This document shows, piece by piece, positions 53,162 through 64,000 of a DNA stretch of 64,000 nucleotides. A program made the translations under genes and the position numbers. Where the stretch lies: the NCBI GenBank assembly GCA_013115125.1, contig JABANN010000031.1:1-64000 (forward strand), read 5' to 3'. The notes beneath the pieces are model-generated. The model was given only the letters and a program-made list of their open reading frames with translations. It searched no databases and was not told where the DNA came from. The stretch's first letter is position 1, and each line of letters begins with the position of its first letter. This DNA is from Perkinsus olseni (taxonomy: Eukaryota).

Positions 53162-54196
53162 GGTCAATGTAGCAAACAGTCAATCCCTGATTCGACGTGC
53201 AGTCTATGGCTGACAACCCTTATGAACTCGCTTCACACACTCCCTTAACAAGGCACATTCACTGCCATGCGAGGTGGACCACCACTATCGCGTGCAATCC
53301 TATCCATGATGAACTTAGTGCAACAAAAACGCGGGAGAGAGCGGGGCCTCGTACGAAGAGAATGTGAGTCACAAAACTGTAGTTTGGCATTCTCAAGGGC
53401 TCCGCGGAACATTGACGTACACTATGTGGCCCATGCTGACCGTAAGGCTGTTATGATCTCGCAACTGCCCAGCCTTCTCCAGAGGTGCCGCCGCTGTGCC
53501 ACATCCGCTGATGTGCCACCTTTCGTAAACAGAAACGCACCGTTAAGAGATGGCAATGTACTTTCGCTGACGTGTCATCCTTTCATTGACGAAAGGATCT
53601 TTCGCTGATCCTTCGTGTGCGCGTGTTTATGGTCCCAGGTTCGAGTCCCACGTGCGTCAAATTTCTTACGGATTTCCTCGCGTGGACGGCTCTGTGAAGA
53701 CACATTTCACAGTTCGCATTCTTTCGTAAATTTCTCCCTTTCTCCAGCAGATCCAGGCCTCTCAGGATGGCTTCTGCTTTCCCCTTCCTTTAGATTCAGT
53801 ACTCCCAGGTTCCCGACCGCAGTCGCACGCGCGTAGAAGCTAGTGGAGTCTCTTACTCCGTAGGTTGCGCAGAATTCATATGCTTCGATTTGTGAAGTCT
53901 CCACTTTGTCGGCAAGTGATTTGTGGCCGGATACCGTGCAAGCCCTTTCGTATGCAGCTGAAGGGTATCGAGGTGAACATGTCCCACTACATGCGACACG
54001 CGTGGACGGTGAAAGCTGGAAGCATCGGGTTCTCCATTGATCGCCTGCTGCTGAAGTCCCTGCTCCGATTACCTGAGTGCGCTTCGTGCGTGACCTGGCT
54101 GGGAGCACGCAGCTTTAAAATCGAGACAGGGTCAAGCAGCGCATTGACGCATGAACGTGACGTGGGGGAGCACGATCCCCCCGGCACCAGTCCTGA

Positions 54197-54612
54197 AAAG
54201 ATAAAGGTTCGCCTTTGTCTCAGTTGAAAACTCCTATGAGGGAACGCCTTTTTCGTAGATTCGGGGCTCGCACAACGGGATAGGGACAGAGTGTCCCAAT
54301 TGGCTAGTAACTAGGGAATAGAGATTCCAGTTATTCTGGTGTGCTGTCGTCAATCGGCATTTTGGTGTTGTACTGCTTCCTTGCGGTGACGCGTGGGTCG
54401 CGCCGACAAAACGATCAGTTTTTGAGATCCCACCTCGCCCACGACGAGTAAACCCTGGTTTCGAGGAGCCTCGCTTACTTTACTCGAGCATGACTTAGAC
54501 ACTGGTGTTAGTCAATGCGGATTGTCCGCAGTTATGGCTGCTGTCCCAGATTCTCACGGCAGCTGAGTTTCTCTACCCCTCACGTCCCCGAAGTCAGAGG
54601 TTTTCATCAAGA
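54197..54612 (+). repeat. Dispersed ~420-bp repeat, copy 1
   Basis: Shares exact blocks with copy 2: CAACGGGATAGGGACAGAGTGTCCCAA (54273-54299 = 60829-60855) and TGCGGTGACGCGTGGGTCGC (54382-54401 = 60945-60964). Confidence 0.85.
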
Positions 54613-55093
54613 AACCTGAGCCTTCCCCGCCGATGATATTCTCATTAGTGCGCAGTGGATAAGCGCCTATCAAACATCCGGGCAAGAATCTCTCTCACAT
54701 ACGAAGTGGCCCAACGACTCGGCAACGACCAGAAGAAAGACAGGCTGACCACCATGCATCACGGGAGTCAGTAGCAATGCAATTTGAGTTTCGTAAGCCT
54801 CTCAGACGAATTTCGTTAAGCATTTGAGCATTGAACCCTACTATTGAGAGATGTTGCGTGACGGTAGTTATTGAATCGATGCTTCCATAGCCACATTCCC
54901 GGTTCTTGGAACATCCAAGTTGTAAGGCTCCACGGAACTGGCGTGCGTCGCGGGGGGTGCTCCAGCTTCCAGCCAAAACTTTTCGCGTACTCCGCCGCTT
55001 GTTGAGGGGCACACTCCTCATAGCTGCTATGCAATTCTCGTGGCCACACTCTGACCGGCATTCCGATCATCGTAGTGATTTTGGCGGTGGACG

Positions 55094-58000
55094 ATGTCAA
55101 CTGCGACTCTTTCTACTCCTAGCGAGCAACCCCTTGCAGACTTGCACGAAGTGAGCCACGGGGCTCGCAGGTCGATCGCAGCAGTCGCTGTGGTTGAACC
55201 GCAGGCACCGCATTTCCATCGGTGATTACGAATTTCGATTCAGAATAATTGTGAAACTCCCCTCCGGCGTCAAGGGTCGCACTTGCAGGTCCTCGAGGAT
55301 GATGAGGAGTCCAAAAAGTTCCTCGGCGATCCTATTTGGTGGAGGTGTGTCGATCAAATTGATAGGCGGAGAATACTCAACCCAAAAAGCGCAGAATACA
55401 AGAACTTACGGATCATGTTCTCCGAGGTCACCTTCTACATATTCTTTGTAAGTAGCCAGCGACAAATGAGCAAGCCTTGGAACGACGTAAATGAGCGCGA
55501 TTGGTAGCTCGACTTGGAGCGCTAAGGGGCTGCGTTGGGTTAAGGAAGCCCTTGGATGAATTATTTTCCCTTGCTTTAGCTCATCGTTCTGACCATGTTG
55601 GTGCACACCTCCGAAGGCCCGCTGGAACACCAGACGAGAGAGCATCAACTGAGGTACATCGCACAGAAGAGTCAGTACCGTAGGCAGCTAGGTCACCCAA
55701 TTATTTTTTCCGGCCGGCTCGAGAGGAATGGTCGCAAGAGAATAGCGTTTCCTTGGAGTTCACGGCTTCGCCAGCGCGAGAACTCCCGAGCTCGATAAAA
55801 CCGATTTCACTGGTAGATCAGCAGTACATCGAGTGCTCACGACGTAAGGTACTGGGCTTCATGTTCCAAAGGAGCTACGAAGTGCGGCCTACGTAGCGTG
55901 AGAGACGTGCGCACCTTCTGGTCGTGGATGGTGGACGATCTGGTACACATCCCCTCGCGATACAACACCCTCCAGAAGGACAGATGAATCAATGCTTCGT
56001 GCCGCTCAGATTCAGCTTTCGGAAGTTCAGCCTCTTGAGAAACACGCTCCAGCTTTCATGATGAACGGTCAAGCTGAGGATGTGACCCGAGCCGAGAACG
56101 TAAGCGTGTCGGCGTATCGGGGCTCCTTCCGATCCCTCTCGTGAGTTCATACAGTTAGACGGATGATCAGCGAATGTGTTGAATCGAGACGCTTGGCTAC
56201 GGTCAGATTCGAAGCATGCAAACGAGCTTCCCCTCCAACGATTTCACGGTCAATCACCACGCAGCTGTGCTCTCTGACCCTTCCGCGTTCACCATCATCC
56301 TGGGTAGAATCCACGGTGAAGGGGGTGGACAACTTCCCCTTCCACATTCCCAGGCCCCATTCGCGTCAGACAACTCCGTGTTGACAAGAATAAAGGATGT
56401 GAAGTCTCCAAATTATACCGGTACCGGTGCCGGTGTGAACCGCTTGTGGAGTGATCTCTCAGCGATCTGCCTTAGAGGAACTACGAGGAGTGCCGCGTCC
56501 TTCAGGCAACTCATCTCCAACTGCTACAGCAAGTTCACCGAGGGACACAGCGAAAGCAGGGAATTCTTTGGTTCATCGCAGACCCCATCGTACGGTGCTT
56601 CGCAGCGGCCACTACCGCACGCACGTCTGGAAGGTACTTAGTACCCGCCTTTGAATGGGCCGATTCCTCCCAGACGGGCGGAGCCGGTATCACGAGCGGC
56701 GGCATCCTGGCTTTAAACACAGCTAGCGGTGCGAGGTGATTCAAATCAGGCACACTCGTTGTCCTCAGCTCTTAAGGTCTGTTGCAGTTACCCGGGCAGC
56801 GGTTTCTTCTTCGACCTGCCACATAACAGCAGCAGCGCAAGAAGCATGCTCCTGGATCTCCAGGTTTGAAGAGAACGAGTCATTCCCGTTCACTGACTGC
56901 AGCTCTCTCGCCCAGGAGTCCTACTGGATCGATGCCGCGACCAGAGCCATCGTTGTAGAGATCCCGACGTTGAGCCCCAATACGCGTGTTGTAACCACAA
57001 CGCGAATACTCTTCGAGTTCAACCCGACCGGTAGGAGACCGTCCTTGTTAATAGCAGCACTTTCCTTACATTAGTGATAATGATACAGTTGCTCGTTCCT
57101 GCCTCAGTCACGGCTGGTGATTGAAGGAAAGGCGCTCCCGTAGGTACAGTGACGGTCTCAGAGAGGGTGTCGTCATTCCCTGTGCATGCTCTCTCGATCT
57201 CTGCTGGCCATAGCGAGGAGGCAGCGGCCCTTCTACTACAAGTGGGCTGTCCTCTCACCATACAACACTCGCACTCCTCGACAGATCCTCACCCTTCTTG
57301 TGCTCGCCATCTCAGCAACGTGGATAGTGTGGCAAATCAAACGGCTTGGAGTAGCTCGGGTGAGTTCGTCACAGCGGCTGACTCCCTTCTTCCCAACTTC
57401 TCGGTGCCGACAGATCGCCCCTGCGGTGAACGCCTCATCACTCCTTTCAGTATTTCGCCTACGGCTGGAATGTTGTGGACGTTGTCATCACACTGCTCTT
57501 GACGTGCTATCTAGCTTACAAGATCCAGGTCATAGAAGACCTGTCCAACCTCCTCACCCCTGCTGATGCTCTCGCGTAGACTTATGTCGGAGTCGCGAGT
57601 GCCGAGGCTCTGAGCAGCGAGAAAATCGGTCATCCCGATTACTTCCCGCCCTTGGCGGCAAAAGCTGGTGTCCCGCTGGAAAAGGCGGCCACCATTCTGA
57701 GGTGAGCCCGGGAGGTGTGAAGCGCAACATAGACAGTCCGGGTGTGGCGGCCGCGTGCCCTCTGCCAAAACTCGTCCCCTCATCGCTCAGTTGCATCTGT
57801 CTCTTGGCATGGATGAAGCTCTACAAGTACCTCGCGCTGTGGTCGCCTCTCCGCATGCTCGTTCAGGTGGATTGCCATTGCCACGACCTCGCCCAGTTTT
57901 GTTGTTGCTGCAGATCCTTCTACGCAGTACCCGTCAACTCCTAGTCTTCGGAGCCCTCCTAGTGATTGTTGTCTTCACTGGTTTCTCCTTCGCGTTCTAT

Positions 58001-60363
58001 GCTGGCCTTGGAAGTGTTGCCCCGGAGTACTCCAACATCACTCACGCTTTCGCCACGGCGGTCTTCTCGTTGATGATGAGCGTGAGTTCGCCTTACCTTC
58101 CCGACTGCGCTGCGCTCATCGCAGCCGTCAGTAAATGGCGGATGTCGTCTGGGGGGGGGGGGCAGTCTTGAAGGCCCGACGTCCGCAGAACACCTCCTCC
58201 GCTACACATATATGTTCTCGTGAACTTCTCGTCATCTTCTTGTCTATGAAAGTTTGCGCGCAGAGTCTCCGATAGAAAGGGACAGATTGGGTGGCAGTAG
58301 GAGTTTCATGACCGATCTCGCCTCGCTCGATGGCTCGATGGTCCTTACGCTGTAGCTCTCCTCTCTCAGCTTCGTATCGACCCGAAACTGTACCTTCCCG
58401 GCAACGACACCGTTGGAGCCCTCCTCACCGTATGCTATGTCCTTCTGGTCTACTTCGTCACTGTGCCAATGTTCACCGCCATTGTACTCAACGCTTTCTA
58501 CCACGACCGAGGTTGCGAAGAGAAAGCCGACAGTGTCAGTTCCTGTCCTGCTCCAAGCGGTGCGGCTGAACCCAAATTCCTCGAAGTGAGTCCTTCCTGG
58601 GGAAATATTTCCGACTGATGGGCATCGGAACTAGTCGACCCGATTCGCACAGCCTTTCAGCTTCCCTGTGAATCAAGCTATACCCCTCTGATTCGACCCT
58701 CTCAGGGTAATTCCCGAAGATGGAGACACTCGCTCGGGAACTTGTGGTCCATGGAGAAGGATGTCGAGCGACGCAATCCTATGGCTGTCTTCCTGTAGGG
58801 GCACTTGAACTTAGCTGAGCTCGTCGCGACGGGCAGCATACCGATCCGAATCTCTTCCATTCTCGCTCCTCTGCGAGGTACACATTGTACAAGTCATTGA
58901 GAGGCACATCAGTCGACTTCCATCATGATGAGGACTTTGGTCTCCCCGAGGAACAAGATATCCAATTGAAGCTGCTGCCCGGGTAGCTGATAACGAAATT
59001 GTGATGAATTATTATCATTGATCTAAGCTTGAGCTTGAGCCTGGCAGAGTTCGCGCTCATCTACCATGCCGTCTATCATGATAGCATCTCTTTCTCTCAG
59101 TATCGTCGCTCAGCGGTGGTTCGAGCGCAAGCGTCGCCTGTCGTACCTGGTCGATAAGAACCTCCGCAGAGAAAGTCATAGAGTAGGCGGCGTTGCTCTC
59201 TCGCGGCTCCTATGGTGCCTACTGCTCGTTGTTGCCGATAGGATTCGACTGACGACTCTCGTGCGACATCGGCGGGGACGGGGTCTCGAGACAGCTCCGT
59301 GAAGGAAATCGGCGTGGTTACCAAGGTACGCGAAGTACAAATGACCGGTCATCCGGTGTGGCCTTCTTCCGGCTGCGGCCGGGCCATGGCGGCATGATTG
59401 CTGCTTTGTATCTCAGCTTCTCGAGAGGACAAGAGAGGCGCTCCACCTACCCTCCGCGACTGAGTTTCAACCCGAGCTGCCGAGCCAGGTCTCAGAGAAT
59501 AGCGACGCCCGCGGACCCAACCCGACGGATTTGTAGGCCGCTCGCCATCAGCGCGCACGACGGCCGAGGCGGAATTCTACGAGGCCTGAGACCTCACATC
59601 TCCTCTCAGATACCTCCTCGACAAGAGTGCTGTAGAGCGGACCACAGTCAGCCGGACCCAATTGCAGCGTTTAATGGAGGAAGATCGAGCATTGCCATTG
59701 CTTCTTGGAACTACACGAGCCATTGACGTTATCAGAAGGTGTCCACATCTCCATAGGAGACCTGTTGAGCGCCGCAGCGATGCAACGGTCGCAGGTTCAA
59801 GTTCCCCGACGACAACCCGGAGATTTCTCATCCGGTCGATAAGGGTCCGGGGCCAGTCGCACAGTTACAAGAAGATTGGTATCGTAAACTAGACCGCCTC
59901 GAGAAAACGGGGCTCGGAGTGGAAACAAGAGAAGTAAGCGACGGTCGGTCAACAGTGCCATCTGTTGTTTCTATCGGGATTTCAGAACCCGTTCTGCCGC
60001 CAGCTGATGACGGAACTCGACAGGGCGATCGATCAAATGCATAATGTGTGGCGCAACGACCTCCGCTCTCTCTTGGAGGTCGTTGGCAACCTCGCCGAGG
60101 AGCTGCTTGAATTGATCAAAAGCTTAGATACTGCTAAGGTGAGATCTCTGTTTCTGTGTTGACTCGTGCATCACTCGCTTCTTCATGGACGTTGTCGAGA
60201 TCATCTTCTGTGAGAAGGAAAACGCAGTGCGAGGAGATTCTCCTGACAGGGTTTTCTTCAGGCAAACTATATTCTGATGCTTGATAACGACGCCGAGCAT
60301 GCCTTGGCACAACTGCGTCGGAAGAGCACAGACTCAGTAAACAGCAGCGATGATCATCAATAG
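55094..60363 (+). CDS. Polycystin-2/PKD2-like cation channel (many exons; ends approximate)
   Basis: YWIDAATRAIVVEIPTLSPNTRVVTTTRILFEFNPTG, AWMKLYKYL, GFSFAFYAGLG…YSNITHAF, VYFVTVPMFTAIVLNAF. Confidence 0.88.
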
Positions 60364-60752
60364 TGACAATCGTGGCATGTGAGATTATATACCGTGCTTC
60401 CACCATGGAGGTGTTGAGTAATTCAACAGCGATCCTGGGGTGGAGTAGAAGTATGAGGCGACAGGTGCGGGTCACCCGCAGGTGGCGCAGTCACAGCACA
60501 AATAGGGTGGACCGACTGGGTGTGATTGAAGCTGCTTTTTGAAGCGGCAATATCACTTCTAACGGGGCATGATCATGCCGCATGATTCGTGCGTATGTTG
60601 TGCCCGTGCAAATGCCTTGATGCTGAAAAGTGACTTCCGCATTCTCACGTCAAGGTGATCAGTTCGTAGTACTGAGTGAGCCCCTTCCCCCGCAGAGCCT
60701 CATGATGGAGTGTCATACAATCAGAATCTTCATACAATCGAAAAATTTCTCC

Positions 60753-61210
60753 CAAGATAATGTTGCAGTTGTTGCGCTTGAACGCCCTCTAGGAGGGGAA
60801 CGTCTTTCTCACAAACTCAGCGCCCGCCCAACGGGATAGGGACAGAGTGTCCCAAACAGCTAGCTACTAGCGTAAGGCAGGATATGCTCTTCCATGCTCT
60901 AGCGTTTGGCCGTAAATCGGCAGTTCGGTGTCGTGTAGCTTCCCTGCGGTGACGCGTGGGTCGCACCGACGAGCTGATCAGATTTTCGCGAGCCCACTTC
61001 ACCACGCACGCATAAACCGAGGTTTCGCAATCGAAACGTCATGATGCTCAGAGATAGCACAGGGGTTTTCAGGTGCCAACGTGGCCCTCCAGTTATCGCG
61101 GCGCATTGTGTGCCGTTACTGCCGCCATCTCAGATTCTCAAGTCAGCCGAGTTTTGCTACCTCCTTCGGAAAAGAGTAGGTTCTTTGGGAAGTAGAGATT
61201 TTGTCAAGAA
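60753..61210 (+). repeat. Dispersed ~450-bp repeat, copy 2
   Basis: Collinear, diverged homolog of 54197-54612 in the same orientation. Confidence 0.85.
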
Positions 61211-61629
61211 GGGACAGGCGGGAAGGCGAGCCGAGCTGGCCCCTCATCCCAGTCAAATGCACCCGGATGGATGCCGAGGATCATAGCGGAGCATCTACTC
61301 GGGTATTCTCAGATGCGGGCTCTCTTCCTCGGATGGCGAATTTCTAACGTTGAGATAATCACGAACGGGAAAGATTGACGGCCACTTGCCGTCACCCCTG
61401 TGTACATGCGTGCTATGTCTTTCTTCAGCGTACGCATGCACGAGCCAATCGTGTGTCGCACAGCAGTAGCTGGATTCACGTTGTCCTTGCCTAAATCACT
61501 ATATGAAAGGGAGTCAGGACCCGATTACATCTCCCGCTGGTCCTCACAGGCGTATTCGCATGAGGAGCGCGAAATGAGTGACATCCGTCTGCCGGTGATC
61601 GCAGTGTCACCTAAGTCACGATGGGTTTC

Positions 61630-61680
61630 TGTACAGCTGAGATTCTCAGCTGTACACGAATTTCTCAGCCTGAGAAATTC
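61630..61680. repeat. Two adjacent perfect inverted repeats
   Basis: TGTACAGCTGAGA-t-TCTCAGCTGTACA (13-bp arms) and GAATTTCTCAG-c-CTGAGAAATTC (11-bp arms). Confidence 0.9.
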
Positions 61681-61754
61681 AACCCGCGAAGCTCTCAGCC
61701 AGAACATAGCGCACTTGCCGATTCGACTATCAGGCAAAACTTCATTGTACAAAC

Positions 61755-61970
61755 ATGAGGTTCTTCTTCCTTGTGACAATCCTACTTGTCATCGCCGCCA
61801 TCGTTGTTGGTCAAGGCGGCGGCGACAGTAACGATGGCCAGGACGGTCCAGATGGCCGCAACGGTCGGGGCCCAAATGGTGGTCGTGGTGGCCAGGGTGG
61901 GCGTGGTGGCCGTGGTGGAAGTGGTGGTAACGGTGGTGCCGGTGGTAATGGCGGTAATGACGGGCGCTAA
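61755..61970 (+). CDS. Small secreted glycine-rich peptide (71 aa)
   Basis: Signal peptide MRFFFLVTILLVIAAIVVG followed by GGx repeats (GGRGGQGGRGGRGGSGGNGGAGGNGG); A-rich start context AAACATG. Confidence 0.72.
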   Translation: MRFFFLVTILLVIAAIVVGQGGGDSNDGQDGPDGRNGRGPNGGRGGQGGRGGRGGSGGNGGAGGNGGNDGR

Positions 61971-63317
61971 TCCTTTTGAAGAGACCCGGCGGAGAGATGG
62001 ACGACTGCCTCTTGCCCGAATACGTGCCGGTTATGCATAATATTATCGTGACACAGAACAGGATATTATCCTGCATCATCGTGGAACACAGGACATATTA
62101 CGCAGCTGGTGATATCGACGACCTGCCTCAGGGCGCGGGAGTACTTGATATAGTGATGCCTAGTTCGTCTCTCCGAAAGCCGTCCAGTTGATTTCTTCAT
62201 CATTCTTATTTCACAGCAGTATATTCGAGTACGATTCATCGTCTCAACTCAGTCTGTACTCACTCTTGCGTTGATACACCTTGTATCATACACGTCCGAG
62301 ACTCCCGGAAGGAGGGTGGCCCGCAGCAAGCTCACGATGAGGTTGCATTCGCCACAGCATTCTCAAGCGGAATTTTCAATGCGACTCTGCAACAGAAAGC
62401 ACGCGAGGCGCCCTGTTACAGCGTCGGGAACCCGGTTCCCATAGTTTCAGAGTATCCGACGGTGTACCTCGGAAGCCGTTTTCGGCTCTGACTCCTTCTG
62501 ATGTGCTCGCTTTGAGGTCCCATCCAGAGAGTGATACACAACTTCCTTAGCGGCACTCATCGGAACTGAGGAGACTCAAGAAAACGTTTCGCTCTTATTG
62601 CATCGTCCGAGACGATGCATAAATTAAATCGTGGTCGCAGAAACAATCTAAAAACATTTTTGACGATGAGGAGTGAGGGCTGGCCTGCGAAACTCACATC
62701 AATCGAAAGTTCTGCAAACTTCTAATATATTGAGTCTAGTCTCGCTCTAGTAATCAAACTTCGAATGGATTTGATTGAGTGTGGACTTTTTTGATCGGGA
62801 TGTATCGAGGTCCCGGATGACGTATCCTTCCATTCTTATAGAACTGACATAACGGCCACGACCAGGCCGATGAAAATCGTAATAGAACTTCCTCGGCTGC
62901 CGTTAAACTCCACACCTTTTCTCTTGTCCTTGATACTCTTGTTACCCTGCCGACAGGAAATAATGGAGAATCCAAAGTGATAGAAGATATATGATCTGAA
63001 GCGCTCATCTCGTGATCGTCCCTCAGTATAGTAATATCCGCTTGTGTTTGTTATACTCCCAGGTTCAGAGCTCAGGTAAGTTGTCGGAGCTTAGTTGTGT
63101 TCAGGTCATGGTAAAACCATACTAACTAAAAGACACATGCCTGTGAACTTACTACGAGAGGTGACGGAAGAAGACCTCGCTATCCTCAGCAAAACTCGTG
63201 AAAATAGGCTCTTGGAATCCGCAGGGCCTGCGGCGCAGGCTACACATTCGTCATTCACTCTCAGTGAATCACTGAGAATCCCTCTACATGACAGCTTATC
63301 TTCTTCATAGTGCTTCA

Positions 63318-64000
63318 ATGGACCCGTCGCAACAGCCCCGTCTAGCTTACAGAACCGACTTCGAAAAGCACGTCCTCGTATCGAACTTCGAGCGTCTAGG
63401 ATGGATACGTGCTGGGACTTCGGGTGCCGCAATGGGAGGCTCAGCGACAACCAACAGAGGCAGCGATGGTCAGGTGGGCCACACAAGACTGACCATAATT
63501 CATTACCTTCTGGATATTACAGATGCTCACATTTGCTCGGGGTTGCTACCGCAGGGAATCCACCGGTACTGCCCTCAGGGCAGTGCCCTGTGAATCGCCC
63601 TTCGACTGCTTGCCGTCGGCGCGACTCTTCCCTGATTTCTGCAGCAGAGATTCTACTTATAGTTTCGTGACGCCTCCGCCTCAACATACGGCAGATCATA
63701 CGTGACCGTTAGATTCTGTCGCTGTACCTGCCGATGAGTGGAACTTCTATTGGGCATCTGTTCAAACAGCGCGATGGATCTTCAACCCCGATAACGGTAG
63801 AAACATCGCTCGTAGTCGAAAACCTGAGAGTTCTCGGAGCGGTGTCACGGTGGGGTGCCCCTGTACGACCTCGAACCACCTCCGTCAATATTCCCGAACA
63901 CTGCACAATCAGAAGAACCTGCGTCTCGATTGTCTAACCTCCTCTGTCTTGTACGCGCTGAGTTCTGCTCAGGGATAAGGCTGAGAGAAGACCAAATTAT
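63318..64000 (+). CDS. TTLL1: Tubulin polyglutamylase TTLL1, 5' part (runs off the window)
   Basis: YRTDFEKHVLVSNFERLGW and EWNFYWASVQTARWIFNPDN match the TTLL1 N-terminus as recalled. Confidence 0.8.

Noticed and set aside
54816-55100. 94-aa minus-strand ORF head-to-head with the PKD2-like gene
   Set aside because: Looks protein-like but has no recognisable homology and overlaps the presumed PKD2 start; insufficient support.

Overview
Eukaryotic genomic DNA with dense genes and short GT-AG introns, most likely from a perkinsid alveolate (Perkinsus). The main clue is a Perkinsus-type spliced-leader (SL) sequence; the gene content fits. Bases 1-3.3 kb are non-coding and rich in repeats and palindromes, including a probable Helitron 3' end. 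Bases 3.8-10.2 kb hold a near full-length non-LTR retrotransposon (gag-like ORF1; APE-RT-RNase H ORF2; A-tail). Its 5' end is a 19-nt copy of the trans-spliced leader, 26 nt upstream of the ORF1 ATG; this is the most notable signal in the window. Downstream are a cytochrome P450, a possible MULE relic and an RsuA-family pseudouridine synthase. A mostly minus-strand block follows: gamma-carboxylase-like HTTM protein, coiled-coil protein, RPN8, HEAT-like protein, FCP1-like phosphatase, a plus-strand DUSP, two apparently intronless glycosyltransferase-like genes, MATCAP and an AMPK/MARK-family kinase. The window ends with a polycystin-2-like channel flanked by two diverged direct repeats, a Gly-rich secreted peptide and the start of TTLL1. 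Boundaries of multi-exon genes were read by eye and are approximate. No database searches were run.
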